A DNA stretch of 63,964 nucleotides, filler included, from Cladosporium halotolerans (GCF_011745625.1; 13 parts of 13 records of this genome joined end to end with filler, not necessarily neighbours in it); one strand, 5' to 3'. Counted from the whole stretch's first letter, positions 11,231 through 25,169 are shown. The notes: generated from the letters alone by a model not told the origin. Made by a program: numbers and translations.

Positions 11231-13793
11231 GTCGCTAGTAGAGTCAGTCTCGAAGATCGCTAGGATATTGAAAACTTCGGAGTCTTACGAGTAGATGTTC
11301 AGGCCACCGCGGATGGTTTGGCGGCCAGTTTCGTTAGTGATGCACGATCCTGGGAGATTTCGAGCTTCGAAGGTATCTGTAGACGCGGTCAGCCCTGTTC
11401 GGCCAGCGCTTCACACCATCTCGCGCGGCCAAGTCGAGATGAACAACTCACTGACGTTCTGTCCGAGGTGTGTACGGCTATAGCCCTCAACCGAGATGTT
11501 TCCATCATGTGAACACTCGGTGGCCATCTCTTAGCACTGGCGCTGATGGCCGGGACAGACCATAGACGCGAGGCTTGATATTCGCAAAAAGATTCGGAGT
11601 CGTCAGCATCTCTATAGACGCACACGGCTTCGTGTTTGACACCACGGCGTTGAGAAGATCGAGTGTAGCGAGATTCGTGCAACGCGAGAGGTCGGACTGA
11701 GCAGAGTGTCGCTCGTCGACATGGGTGCCTCGTCAGTGCGCATCTTGCCCCGCGGGCGGCGGCTTTGTGCATGTGGCTTTGTTTGCTGCAGCACCGTCTC
11801 AACAAGATGGCAGAGCCCGTCTAGCGTGATGAAATCGCACAGAGATAGAGCACTCCAAGTCATGTCGGACGCAACCCCAACCCTAAACCTAATATTCACG
11901 ACCTCGAATAGTCTGATGTAGAACTACCTCGGCAATTTGTCTAAACACGCCGCTCGACACTTTCAATCAATTATTGGAGGGCTGTTTTCAAGCAACAAGC
12001 GCAATCCATGTAACGTTGCATTCGCTTGCGCAAACGCTTGAGCGTATTGAGGAACAGACGGGTTCGAAACAATGAGAGGTGTCGCGATCTCAGATGCGTC
12101 GGGAGAACCAAGATCGCAAACGCTCCGCAATAAGGTTGTCCTCCGACGCGGCAGGGGACGACTGTGGAGCCAATCGACACGATCGCTGGACACTAAACCT
12201 GAAGACGCAAGAGAGATGGCGTTCGCAAGGTACAGTAAATCTAGTGTATGAAGTGGAACCACCGTGCGGAGCGGTATTGTAAATTCCAGTAGGTTAAGAA
12301 ACGACTCGGGTAATTAGACGTGTCCGCGATTCAGGACGTGGCGAAATGGCCCCACTTTCCCTTTTCCCCTGCACAAGCGGGCATTCCTCACGGCAAACCA
12401 GAGCCGAAGGCAGGTACGCAGGGTCCACCGTTGAAGCGAAGGATGGCGTTAGCTAATGATCGGTTCCGAATCACCCTTGCTTAGCCGGACTTGAATATTG
12501 CATACACGCTTCCGTTGCACCTCGGCTCCAACCGAAGCAACGTCGAGCTGCCAAGCGGCACGTTCTGCCTCTCCACGGAAGACGCTCGACAGGCATCCGT
12601 CTCGTGCGTTTTGCCGGCAGTTTTGCGAGTTGGAAATCCTATCATTGGATGATTAACTTATACCATGTCGAGCTACTGAGCCGATCAACCCGGACTCTCA
12701 TTCCTCAGAGCCTCCTCCACTCATCACTAGCTACTTTGTTGCACGGATCACATCCAATCAGAATGCTGTTAGCACGGTCCATGCTGCGCATTATCGCGCT
12801 TTGCAAATCTCACGCTCGGTCATTATGATTTCCATGTTTGACGCCTTGCGTCGCTTCCTCATGTCCACCGGCGGAGCAGTTTTCTTGGGTGCTGTATCAC
12901 TTGTCACATCTTTGCAAGACCACCAAAGAGACCGGCTTCGCAGCATCCGAAGATGCACATACCCAGGTTGCCGTTGGCACTGATACAGGACACCGAACGA
13001 GTGGCTCACGGTGCCACCTTGTCTGACGCAGTTACCAACTCTAGCGAGACTTGTAGCAGAGCCCAAAGTGCTCTGCTTGTGCTAACGTTACACGGCTTCC
13101 TCTTATGCATATATTGTTTCTGCGTTGCTTCGATGCATTTCTTGATGAAGCTTAGGGGCGGTTTGAGGTACAGATCGTGAGTTCTCCCCCAGAAGACAAA
13201 CATTAGGCCTGTTGATACCTCCGTCTTGAAGGCTGACAATAGCGGCGTAGGACCAGCGTCATTGTCTACCTGTCTCTTGTCTCGCACATCGTGCTTCTGC
13301 CAAATCTATGGTCTTCCGAGCAAAGTCCGCAAGGACTTGGATATTCGTTGTGGGTATTCGCTCAGCTAGCGATCGGCTGTACTTCCATCGCTTCACTTTG
13401 GCAACAAGACGAGGAGGAGATCCAGATCGCCGGTTGGTAAGTTGATCGCGCGACGTCCAACTCATGATCCCTTCCTGACGTGACCCTAGGCTCCTAAATG
13501 CATTATGCTTCGTTTTGGTCAACGTGCTTTATCAAGTACAGCATTCCTGCAAAACTGACGTCCGAACCGGCGTCGGCAGTCCCTTGTCCAGCGTGGATTT
13601 CTGGATTGTCCTTGGCCTGGATGCTGTATACCTGATGGGGAATCTACACAGGACATTGCCAAGTATTACTGCGGTTTGGAAGACGTATGGGTATGGAGAT
13701 GTGGGATTTTGAATAATATCGAGCCTGGGAAAGAATGATATCGCCACGGTACCTCTGGCGCAACATGCCGTTGGCGTGGTTAGCAAGCGTAAG

Positions 13794-15581
13794 CAGGGTG
13801 ATCATCAAACAAACAAACAGGATTTCGGAGAATGTTTGTCTGCTTACCTAAGCTTGAGCGTCTTGTTCGTTTGTTTGAGAAATGGCAATGATTTGTTTGT
13901 CTGTCTGTATCGTTTGCCAAGACATTATTCGGTCTTGGCGTTCGAATGAAAGCGGGTGGCCGATGCGAAGAAGGTGCTCTCATGTTGGACTGGCGGCAGA
14001 AAACCTCATGCTATCCCCTCATCGTACCAACTACGCAGCAGTTGTTGAGCTTCCGCAAGTTCATAAAGTGCCCGTGGCCTGTCGTTATTGACTGAGTTGC
14101 CAGCGATTGAGAATGTTCTTTCGTTCGCAGCAGCACTCGCTGGGATTGCAAAGAACTCGAACGCCAGATGTCTTAAGAGCGGGAACCTCGTATGGTTTTG
14201 ACGCCACCATTCGAGAGGAGATGGCGAGTACAGTCCCGGTGTCCGCTCTTCCCGCTTGTAGAGCTGCAGATCATCCATCGAGTCGACTTCTTGTGGCAGG
14301 GTATTGTACTCATCGAACCTCGACTCTGACTTGATCGTCGGCTCTGCCGGGCTCAGATAAACGGCCTTTTGCGCTTCCAGCGGCCATCTCACCTTCGCGA
14401 GCAGATACGCATTATCGATTGCATCTTTCGCAGCATCGATCCATGCCGGCCTGCATCCCCAATGCCTCTCGAACCAAGCCATCTTCAAGTGAGGATGGAG
14501 GAATATCGCCATCCTGTAGGCGAAGGTGTCATCCGACAAACCATAATACTTGTCAAGCTTCTTCCACCCCAGGTTGACACACGATTTGATGTGACTGCTT
14601 GGCTCGTATCTGTATCTTTCCTTCAGCTTCTCGAACTCACCCAGTAGGCTGTCGAATGTTGCCAGCTGCTCCCATAACGCGTGTTTCGTATCATTGTCTT
14701 CTTGTAACCGTAACGAAGCACTCTTCAAGGGTAAGAGTACTTCGAGCAAACGCTCCAGCTCGGACCAGTCTCCCGCATCAAGGCAATCCGAGGCAGATAG
14801 CCGGTCGCAATCGCCGAGAGATCGAAAATGGGTCTGGTAGAGCTCAATGGCATCCCGGAGCTTGATTGCGCGCTCGATCATATCACAGCTGCTATTCCAC
14901 CTGATGCCGCCGTTGACAATCACTCGGTAGATCCGGTCATCGTCGGAATCGGCGTCGACGTTCTGCTTCATCTCAAAGAAGCGTCGACGTTTGGGGGTCT
15001 TCTGGATGTGTGTGACCAGATTGTGGAGTTTACCGACGGGGCCTTTGCGACGCCATGTTTTCAGCGCTTCTTCGGCCGGAACAGACCGGACGAGTGCTTC
15101 GAAAGCTGCTATATGTCGGCTGTCCGAGAGGCCTTCCTCGCGCTCGCCTGGCTCGAGCGCATCGATGTCTGTACCGTAAAGCACGGCCTTGGCCACGAGG
15201 TTGATGACATGGGCCCCACAGCGCAGACGGTGGTACTCGGGATGAATGTCCAGAGTACTGCTCAAGATCTTGATCGCTCGATCGTTTGCAGTCGCGTTGT
15301 CCGCCATGAAGTATTGCACCTTTTCGCCAATACTGTAGTCATGAATCACCCGCAAGACTTCCTCTGCGATGCTCTCGCCACTGTGTGATCCGCGAGTGTC
15401 TCGCAGACCAAGGAGTATGACACGCGGACGGAGAGATGCGTCCAGGTAATGCGCCGTCACACCAAGGAAATCCAAACCGTTGTTCGCGGTCCAGTTGTCG
15501 AAGGATATCGTTATGCTGCTCGCTGCTTGTCCTAGTGACTTCTCGATTGTGCTTTTAGCAGAGGACGCTGCTTGCATGATC
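13794..15581 (-). mobile_element. hAT DNA transposon, 3' part with terminus
   Basis: Terminus CAGGGTGATCATC at 13794 followed by AAAC/GTTT subterminal repeats, just downstream of the transposase. Confidence 0.85.
14006..15581 (-). CDS. hAT transposase, open frame, 5'-truncated by the contig end
   Basis: SFDNWT, ADNATAN, RCGAHVINL, RWNS, and C-terminal dimerisation motif WW..FPLL..PASAAANERTFS. Confidence 0.93.
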
Positions 15582-15949
15582 NNNNNNNNNNNNNNNNNNN
15601 NNNNNNNNNNNNNNNNNNNNNNNNNTTAATTAATTAANNNNNNNNNNNNNNNNNNNNNNNNNNNNNNNNNNNNNNNNNNNNCGGAGAGCCCGAGGCCGAC
15701 TGTTCCAAGGGAGTCTGCAAGAGGCCTGACAAGGTTGCCTTCCGTTTCCACCCTTGACATCGGGCGCTTCCGGGCCTGTGAAAGGAGTACGGCCGCGGCT
15801 CGACTTTCGGCAATAGTAGACCTGTCTTTGGAGCGTCGTTTTGGCGAGGAAGCAGCAGGCCGCGATGCCATCGCTTGACCCTACCTTGCGGACCTTCATC
15901 CCTGACGTTGCATCGACCGAGGTGATGGGAGTTGCGCGTTTGGTGGCTG

Positions 15950-18900
15950 AATGCCATCCACCACGATGGCAGGCCTCTTCTTGAAGCACCACCTCGGCCA
16001 GCACGGCGGAGGCCGCGCGTTCCGTGGCGCAATATTGGCTCCAATGATGGCAGGCCTGTCTGCCAGACGTCATATTTGCCATCGCTAAGCGCGGTCAAAG
16101 ACACACCTGGCGCTGTTCGTCGTCTGCGCTGCCTGATTCATTTGCCGAGGCGCTAGGCATTAATCTCCGTTTGTCCTGACTCACGCTCGGCAGTGGTGAG
16201 CCTGATGACTGATCGGCACATAAATCAAGACCTGACAGTCGATTGCCGAACCGAGTTTGAGCTTATCTGCGCTCGGCTTAGAGCCAAGGTGCGGAAGCTG
16301 CCGTGCGGTGAGCTTACAGCAACGACATCGCAGTTCTGAACACCGATTTCGCCTTCGAGTGTACGTGCGGAAATATGTGTCTGCTACAGCAAACCACCGA
16401 TGCTTGATGCTTTTGCTATTTCGGAGAACATAACTTCACGCAAGCCCATGAGCTCTGGCATATGGCCGTGATGTGAACGTGCGGCTTGGATTCTGCGCGT
16501 CATGTGATGCGTGGCACATGACAACGATACTTGAAGAAGGGAAAAGACGATTGGTGTACTGCAAGCGGACGCTGCTCCTCCCTACTTACCGTCTCTTGTG
16601 TCGTGGCAGGTTGAAAACGCCCACGCCCCATTGAAGCACTACCTCTTGGAGCGCCGGTTCCTGACTTGAGCCGACGTGCGGCGAACTTGACAGCTTGCTC
16701 CGACAACTGAAGCTCCTGAGTCCTGGTTAGCTATACACAATGCCACCAGCGCCTTTGACTTGGTCCGCAACCTACATGCTCCCACCGCGGTGCACTTCAT
16801 AGCAGTACCTAGCGGTCGTGAGGGGTCTTCGATGACCTGTCACACGGCGCGGTCCAGTGAAGACGCTGGCGAGGGACGGAAGGAAGAAATGAGAAAGTGG
16901 AGGAAAAGGAAATGAACCACAAGTTGGAGGGGAAAAGGTGGTGGTTGCAAGGCGCTTGGCCTCCGCCCTAGGTCGCTCAGGTAGCGTCGCACGGATGCCC
17001 ATCCGTTCTCTGGAAAATACGGCTCTTGCTCCGTGCGTATTAGGCTCGAGACTGCAGGCAGTGCGAAAGCTGCCAAAACACGCTTCACGGAGCTTCGTGA
17101 CAGAGCGAGGTCGAAGAAAACGCAGCTCCCGCTGTAACGAACTGGTGTCGGTGGAGCTTGCGCTGCAGCGGTCAAAGATGAGAACAACGACAGCGGCGGC
17201 GAGACTGACGGCCGTTGACGGTGTCGAGGTCGATGTCGCGGAGCTCTGGAAGCATGAAGTCCAAAAGGTATGGCATGGGAGGATGGAGTTAGGAACCTAC
17301 TTTCGAGATTGGGCCGCGAGAGAAGTCTTGACCAGCTCTGGCTGGCTGGAATGAGTCTTGGCGAGTCCAGTCGGGATCCTTGAACGGATGGTGGTACGCG
17401 TCCGCCCTCCGACAATGCTGACATGACATGGTAGTTTACTGCACAGTATGACCATCATGTGTGTCCCCCCTGCCTTCCTCCTGCCTTCCTCCTGCCCCTG
17501 CCTTGCTCCCCTGCCTTCCTCCCTGCCTTGCTCTCTGCCTTCCTCCCTGCCTTCCTGCCTGCCTTCCTCCCTGCCTCGTCGCGGTCGTCTTTCGCGCCTT
17601 CTTGTTGCCAACTTCCTTGTCTCCTGCCCTGCCTCCTCTTCCTCCGTGCCCTATCCCTTTCTTGGCCCGTTCCTCACCCTTTTCTTGCCTCCCTGCACTC
17701 TTCCCTTTCCTTTTCCTTTCCTTCCTTTCCGTCCACTTCCATACCTTTCCTCCCGCCTTCCACTTTGACCGCTTCTCTGCCTCCTCTTCTGCTTCGTTCC
17801 CTGCCATATTCCCTGCCTTCCACTCCGATCTCTTTCCCAGCCTTCTCCCTGCGTCTGCCCTGCCGGCTGACCTGCCTCCTCCTCTTGTTTCGCGGCCCCT
17901 ACCTTTCTTGGCCCCTTCGCAGCCATTTTCTTGCCCTCCATCCGTTTTTCCTTGCTTGCTTCCTTTCTGCACTCTTCTCTTCCTTTTCACTGCTCTTCAT
18001 TTCCCTCCTATTACTGCCTTGTCTTTTTCCTGCACTGCTCCTCTGCCGTCTGTCTCCCTTCTTCCCGCCATCTTTCCTGCCTTCTTCCATATCTTCCAGT
18101 CCAGCCTCTTCCTCTCTTGCTTCCGTCTTGGCCTCCTCCTGCCGTTGCTCACTACTCCCTCTTCCTGCCTTTCTTTTCTTTATCTTCTCCTTCTTTCCTT
18201 CCCTCCCTCCTGCGTTTTTTGTCTTTATCTCTTCTTCCTTCCCTCCTTCTTTTGGCTTTCCTCTCATCTTCCTTTCCTCCCTTCCACCCAACCACCTACC
18301 TCCTCGACAGCAACCAGTCAGTGGTCTGCCTCGACATCACGGCGCGATGACACTGCTTTCTACACAGCGCACTACCGCGGAATGCCGTGAGCTGAAGCAG
18401 GAGAAGAGCTTGATATCAACGTCGGCATTTCACTTCTGAGCATTCGTGTCGTCCAGATACGCATAAACGAACCGTGAGTCGAGATCGTCGTAGCACGGCA
18501 CAGAAGCATACGGCGTGCGGTACAACACGACACAAGATGACAAGTCATGAGCAGGAGCAAAGCAGCACCGAAAAGCGTCGTCGAGCATGCCACGACACCA
18601 CACGGTACGCCCTGTCACGGCACCGTATGGTGTACCGAGTCAACGTGCAACGAAATCAAAATCGCTAGTCTGGTGCTTCATGCTTCTCCTCGCCATTCCG
18701 AAGCGGTGTGAGGATCGACAGACGCTGCCAGCTAGGGCTGTTGATCCGCAGACGTCCAAACTCCGGGTCAGCAAGGCCACTCTTGCTGCCCTGCCCGCAG
18801 ATGCAAGACAGCAGCGTGTGAACCTCCTCAGTGAGAGCTGTCCATTACACCACCAATGCAGTTCGACATGGGAGAGCCCGAATAACTCGAGGCGGGCGGG

Positions 18901-20678
18901 AAGATCGACAGCGGTCGCGGCGTGTTCACCCCTCGCCCCTTTGGACAATAGGGAGGTTGACAATACCTCGGTCAAGGATTGAATGCTGACGAACCTCTCG
19001 TAGATTGTCGGCGTGGTCGCGAAGGACTTGGTGTGCCACGACATATGCGGTTGCATGCGCTGATTTCGAGGGCTGCTCAGAACCAGGAGCGATGGTCCTT
19101 TGCGACTGCAGGGCCTCCCTCTATTGTGGCCAATAACGCCGTCCGACCTCGCCGCTGCAGAGCCTCCGTAAGAATTCTGCTTGACCTTGCCCAACCATCA
19201 TAGCACATGGCTCTCCGGTGCGGATTTTACTGTAGCACTGCCGTCCGCACGTCTGTCTGCATCGCCTGGAGGGCTTTGATCGGTGCCCGCGGGCGCGCTG
19301 TCCTTGCTTCCTGGAGCCACATGTCAAAAGGTCAACGGTGCAGCCGAGATGTTCGTGGATTTCTTCTACCATCTTTGCATTGCCCCTATGGACAAGCTCG
19401 GAGCAGAAACAATTTGCCACGCGCCCGCGTGGACAGGACGCTGTGTGGAAGTCCTCGGCGATTGCTGCATTACCTCGAAGCTGCTGACGGGGTTCACCCA
19501 AAGGCCTCCGTCCCAGCGTCAGTAGTTCGTGGTGGTAAAGGAATGGCAGGGGCCTGCGGTCGGCGTGGCGACCTGTATACTCCTTGTCAGACCTCCCAAC
19601 CCCGCCCCCGCCCCTGTCCCTCCTTTACAGAAGAAATTTAGGTGACCAGGTGGATCGCTCGCACGTGACGATGAGGACCTCAGCTGAAAGCTCGCCCGAC
19701 GTCCGTAGTAAGGATGACATGGCGGCCGGACACCGTAGCTGCATTGGCCCGTGCTCATGGACAAAGCCCTTGTCGGTCGAAGAGCCAAGCCATGGCCGGC
19801 GTCGGGATGCTGTCGTCGATGCGGAAACTTGTGACAAGGTAGGGAGGATCTCACATTCAAGCCACAACACGCGCATGTCGGAGCGAGCGGTACGATAGTG
19901 AAACCAGCATTTTTTCAATAAAGTATCGTTATGGATCTTGGTTTCGAAACGACGTGTCAAGCTCCGCACCTGCCGCCGCCGAGAGGAAATCGGTCCGTGG
20001 ATAAGAGGATCGCTGTCACCTCTGCAATACGACAGGCCGAAACATGTCCGTCGGGGCATCCGGCGTCCCTGGCCGTCAAGCGGAGCTGAGCGGAAGTACC
20101 AGTAATGCCGCGGCTTGGTATTGAGGGAAGCGTGCGTAGTGGCACGATCGGCTATGTGGTGGCAAAGTTCGATGGCTTCGCCGTGCTTTCTAACCGGACG
20201 CTTTGGCGAAGGTACCGCCCCGATCACTGGCAGTTGGTCATTCGTCAGGCTGTGACAGCCATTTTTCTTTTCCAACGCCGTTACCAGCAGGTGAGTGAAT
20301 AGGCGCGCCGGCCTGCCGCTGCAAAAACGCCCAGACTGTGTGTACTGTACCAAGTACCCTGGCAAATTACCGATCAAAACGCGGAACACGAGAACAGTCG
20401 AGGCGCCTTGATGGAGTAGACGGCTGTCGCGTAAAATCTGGGTCTTGACAAATGTACCGTCAATCTTGGTCGTCAGCTTTCACGTGGCGCAGAACGATAT
20501 CACAAGCAACATCCTCATGCAGGCGCCCGTCGAGCTTGATTTGCGAAGCGCCGCTAACTTCACCTAGACCCTGATCAAGATCCCATCGAGCAAACCCCAG
20601 CTGTCTCGAACGGTCTGGGGTCTAGGCCAACCAGCATTACGGAAACATATACAAGCGACACTTCTAGCAAGACGTCCA
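15950..20678 (-). repeat. Dispersed ~4-kb repeat, copy 2
   Basis: Reverse-complement match to 150-4445, with a longer non-matching segment at ~16120-16810. Confidence 0.92.
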
Positions 20679-20778
20679 NNNNNNNNNNNNNNNNNNNNNN
20701 NNNNNNNNNNNNNNNNNNNNNNTTAATTAATTAANNNNNNNNNNNNNNNNNNNNNNNNNNNNNNNNNNNNNNNNNNNN

Positions 20779-20930
20779 GTCTTATCATCACACTGAACAC
20801 CCTGAACATGCTGAACGAACAGGTATATTTGTTCATTCGATCGATTATGTAATCAGTCATCTGTTCGTTTGTTCAACTGGGTCCGAACGAACCGAACGAA
20901 CTGTTCAGTGCTCGTTCACTGCCCACCCTG
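20779..20930. mobile_element. hAT-like element terminus (ends CACCCTG)
   Basis: Reverse complement of the CAGGGTG terminus at 13794; GAAC/GTTC subterminal repeats; runs off the contig. Confidence 0.7.
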
Positions 20931-20955
20931 CATGCCCACTTTGGTAAACCATGCC

Positions 20956-22005
20956 TCACGCCTGCTTCTCTTCTATGTGCCATTGATCTCCGACCCTAAA
21001 ACCCTCAGGAAAAGGATCCTGTGGATCAAGAACCATCTGTTTGAAACTCGTGATCCATGCTCGGCCCTTCACAGTCGGCAGAACGGCGGGGTGCGACCCG
21101 ACTTTTGCGAACCCTCGTATGCGACTGATGAACTCCGTACCGATTATGCTTCGGTGCTTGAGGATTTGGCCCTCTGCGATCTGCCCGCGGGCGTGCATTA
21201 CCGCCAAGCGCGCACAGGTACCAGTACCACAAGGACTCCGATCGAAGCGCCCTGGAGACACTACGACCGCGTTGCTTGCAACCATCGTCTGGTCCTGACC
21301 TTCTGTAATTGGCGGCTCGGTGAATTCGATGACACTGAAGCCTCGAATTCCAGGGATCTCTGGGTGCACAGGAGTGTACACTGCTTCGACCGCGCGCTTG
21401 ATCCGCTCTCCAATTTCGACCAGTTTGGCGGCATACTGGTTATGAACCGCCATTCCAAGCGAAGGGGCGTCCACTAACACATACATCATACCCCCGTAGG
21501 CGATGTCGACTGACACTTTGCCGAGGCCGGGTACATGAACCGGGTAGTCGAGCTCTAGAACAAACGCGGGAACGTTGTTGAACTCAACACTCTTACATTT
21601 GCCCGCTTCGCACTCGGCGGTCACCGTCACAAGCCCAGCAGCGGTGTCTAGAACGACCTCAGTGGTCGGCTCTTTCATAGCCACCATTCCGGTCTCCAAA
21701 AGTACTGTCGTAGTACAAATCGTGTTCGATCCGGACATCGGCGCATATTCTTCGCTCTCCATGATCAGAAATCCAGCATCCGCACGTGGGTCGCATGGCG
21801 GCAGGACCACATTGACGTTCATTGAGGCTCGACCCCGTGGCTCGTTCAGTAGGAACTGGCGCAATCCGTCTTTCTCAGTCTCGAAGTGACGAAGTTTGTC
21901 GAACATTGTGTTGCCAGGCACGTTCAGAACCCCACCCACAATCACATCGCCGACTTCCCCCTCGGAATGACATCCGACAATGTGCACAGAGCGTGAGAAA
22001 TGCAT
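20956..22005 (-). CDS. Proline racemase family protein (Ser/Cys active-site variant; hydroxyproline epimerase/dehydratase-like)
   Basis: HSEGEVG, LLNEPRG, YAPMSGSNTIC (Ser where racemases have MCGH) and DRSPCGTGT; intronless, 349 aa. Confidence 0.93.
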   Translation of the reverse strand: MHFSRSVHIVGCHSEGEVGDVIVGGVLNVPGNTMFDKLRHFETEKDGLRQFLLNEPRGRASMNVNVVLPPCDPRADAGFLIMESEEYAPMSGSNTICTTTVLLETGMVAMKEPTTEVVLDTAAGLVTVTAECEAGKCKSVEFNNVPAFVLELDYPVHVPGLGKVSVDIAYGGMMYVLVDAPSLGMAVHNQYAAKLVEIGERIKRAVEAVYTPVHPEIPGIRGFSVIEFTEPPITEGQDQTMVASNAVVVSPGRFDRSPCGTGTCARLAVMHARGQIAEGQILKHRSIIGTEFISRIRGFAKVGSHPAVLPTVKGRAWITSFKQMVLDPQDPFPEGFRVGDQWHIEEKQA

Positions 22006-22497
22006 GGTTGGAGTAGTGGCGAGGTTACATCGAAAGACAATGTAGGTGGTATGGAAGCTGAACTGGATGTGATGAATCTAAAGGTTGTGCTCTGCAAGCA
22101 CCATGGACACATATATATACACTCATACGAAAGGACTCCCACAGTATTTGTGGAGTTTCATAGAGCTCATCCAAAGAGCATCCACATATTCATGTGAACG
22201 TGTCTACAACAGGAAAGTGGGTCGGCTAGGGTCACAGGCATTGAGTGTAAGGTCCACATTTGGCCGTCTTGGTCTCCCACTATGCGGTTACGGAGTTCTT
22301 TCCGCCGAGGATCGCCAGACTATCGAGTGACGCCCTACGACGAACATAGCATGGCGGGGTAGGCGGACGCGACCACGGTTTGCCAACTCGGCATTGCCTT
22401 CCCAACGTTGCTTGATCGGCGGATCAATACGGACTCAGGCGTCACTTAATTGGCCAGATACCAGGGAGATAAGAAGCTACTGTTCCGCACGGACATA

Positions 22498-24637
22498 GAA
22501 GCTTTCCCGGTGTGGGGCACATCCCGACGTCGGGCACACCCCCGCGTACGTGAGCAACACCACCTTCTCGGTCTCAAGCATCGTCAAATCTTGATCAATT
22601 GAGCTAAAACCCCGAGAGGGCGTAGAAAAAGGCTTGGTTGTGATGTCTGTGTGATCACTTTTCATCAATGCGAGCCGGTTTCTTGATGGTACGTCCACGC
22701 CTTGACCTTGGCCGGATTGGCACCATCTCCTCGGTCAATTCGACTGTAGCCGAAGCGGCCGTGCTAGACGACTTCTGCTTGGTTGGTCTACTTTTATGTC
22801 TCTTTCGCCGCGCTGCGGACTCTATTTGAAGTTGCTTTCGAGCGTTCTTGGCCTCCGTGGCTTGCTCCCTTCGGGCCTTCTTGAGAGCGTGCTCGGCCTT
22901 TCTTGCTTCAGCACGCGCAGCTCGCTCTTTACGCTTGCGTTGAGCTTCCAACTCCTTCTGCACTTTCGCCGCAGCTCTAGCTTCAGCTCTGGAGACCTTT
23001 TCTAGAGCCTCGCGTTCTTTGGCAGCCTTTTTGGCGTCCTGAAGCTCTCTGGCCCTTCGAATCTTGGGAGGGCTGAAGAACAGAGCACCGATGCCCTCAT
23101 CCGCTCTGAGCTCCTCAGTAAACGGCTGCCCACGCTTCCTTTTCTTCTTCTCTCCATTGAGAGCCTCGGCATAGCCTTTCTCGCGGTCTTCCGCCAGCCT
23201 GAGCTTGGCGGACAAGGTGATGCATGCTCCGCCTAGTTTTCTGATAATTTTCGCGGTCTCAGTGTCTATCTCGGCCACTGCTTCGTTGACGATCCTCCTG
23301 ATGGTTCTCTGCGCCGGCGGTGTGTCCAAGCAGCTGCTTGAGTGTCTCGAGGGTACCAGTTCGACTTGGGAGGCCTCAGGATGGTCCCCTCGCTGCTCAT
23401 CGAAGATCTTGAGCACCTGGTTCGAATCGAAGGGTTCGATGCCCGTCCTGCGCCATCCAGGCCTTACGTTGGCTTCTGTAAGGGCTTTGTCAAAGGCCGA
23501 GTAGAAGTTCTTGAAGAAGTCTCGCTTGGTGACACTCGCAATGCCTTGAGACAGCCTAGAGTGAGCGTCTAGCTCCTGACTGTAGTGCGTAGCCAAAGGC
23601 CCGAAGAGACTGACGTCCAAGGGCTGCAGCCTGTGCGTCGAGTGAGGAGGAAAGACTGCCACCAGTATCTTGTGACTCCGGCACCACTTCAGGAAGCTCA
23701 ACGTACAGTGCGAGCCAGGGCCGTCGAGAATGAGAAGTCTCCAGTCTCTACCAGCCTTACCGGCAGTCTGCTTGTCGAGTAGGCTCTGCAACCAGCTCAG
23801 AGCAAGTTCATTATTCGTCCATCCATAGGTGAGCTCGCGAACCAGCAAGGATGCTCCTGTGGGTCGTGGTCCTGCAGCCAAGAGTCCTGGAGGTCGCCGC
23901 TGACCGCCTTGTAGATCAAAGCTGGTGCTAATGAGCTTCCGTCTGCACAGATAGTTGCAATAAGAGTGATCTACTCTCTCGAACCGTCCTGCCCTGCGCC
24001 TAGTAGCCTCTGTTGTCGCACGAGAGCTCTAGGAAAGACCCTCCTGACTTTCTGTAGGTGGCCGATGAGGAAGCCTTTCTCATCCATGTTGTAGCAATTG
24101 TGAGGCCGTATGCTGTACTGGTCAATCTTCTGCCTCAAAGTGGAGAAGTACTGTCTATATGAAGCCGCAGAGTCGGCCTTGTGTCGTGAGAGGTCGATGG
24201 TGTTGAGGTATCTGCAATCCAAGACATCCTCGTGTCTGGCTTTGAAGTCTGCAGACCAATTTTTGCCGGGCTGCTTGCCACATACATAGGAGGCCCAGAG
24301 AGTTACCATTGCCGGCGTAGGCGGCAAACACCAGTCACAGAGCTTTTGTATCTCTCTCACAAGCACCATTTCTTGCTTGTTGGCTAATAATTGCTTTGTC
24401 CCGTTAGCCTTAGCTACAGAGACTCTCTTTCCACGGAAGTGCTTGCTAAGCACTGATCTCTCAACATTAAACATTCTAGCTGTTTCAGAAACATTGGGCT
24501 CATCGGCGCTTTTCAGAAACGCGACTGCTTCATTGATAGCTGCCATGGTCGCAGAGTGAACGCGTGTTGAAGCGGTATTGTTTACAGCTGTGGAGGTGTG
24601 CCCGACGTCGGGATGTGCCCCACACCGGGAAAGCTTC
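22498..24637 (-). mobile_element. Fot1/pogo-type DNA transposon, 2140 bp, complete ends
   Basis: Perfect 43-bp TIRs (GAAGCTTTCCCGGTGTGGGGCACATCCCGACGTCGGGCACACC; 22498-22540 and 24595-24637) flanked by TA on both sides. Confidence 0.96.
22655..24546 (-). pseudogene. Pogo/Fot1 DDD transposase, inactivated
   Basis: HTH N-terminus, YNMDEKGF, LLILDGPGSH, PPHSTHRLQPLDV. TAG at 23971-23973 where RE(W)IT is expected; 1-nt frameshift near 23827 before GWTN. Confidence 0.92.
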
Positions 24638-25169
24638 TAGGGCGTATGATACATTAAAAAACTTCGGCGAGGTAAGGATAAGACTTGATCCCGTTTGTCG
24701 ACCTGCTGGAGGCGCGGATACATTCCAGATTCATAATCCGTGCAGCGTGTGCAAGATAACACGTCACCTGCTACCCCTCACAATCTACACCTAATGCGGT
24801 TAGGCCCGCGAGCAGAGAGGAAATCGATGCAATGCTGATCGTGACGAATATACTATTGTTCGAGTGTCCGTCTGCTTGCATGTAGAAGGAGCCAATTCCA
24901 CGATCATCTTCCAGACTCTATAAGCTTCTCGGCTGTACCTGGCGTTGTTAGATGGTGCACTCTCAGAACACTTTGGTATTCCACTTTGTATCATATGCGC
25001 CTCTCCAGCTCTTACCTGTCTTGAACGTTATGCGGTGAGCTCCCCAACAAATTCAGCTCCACGTTATCCAGATAGCCGGAAGTTCACGTACTCCTTATTT
25101 TATATGGACGTGACGGCGAAGGCTTGGATTATAGCATCGCTTAGTTTACGAGTGGGTCTAAACTCATAG

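Noticed and set aside
11963..13790. Short ORFs between the NLR relic and the hAT end
   Set aside because: Fragmentary, with no motif or consistent splice model.
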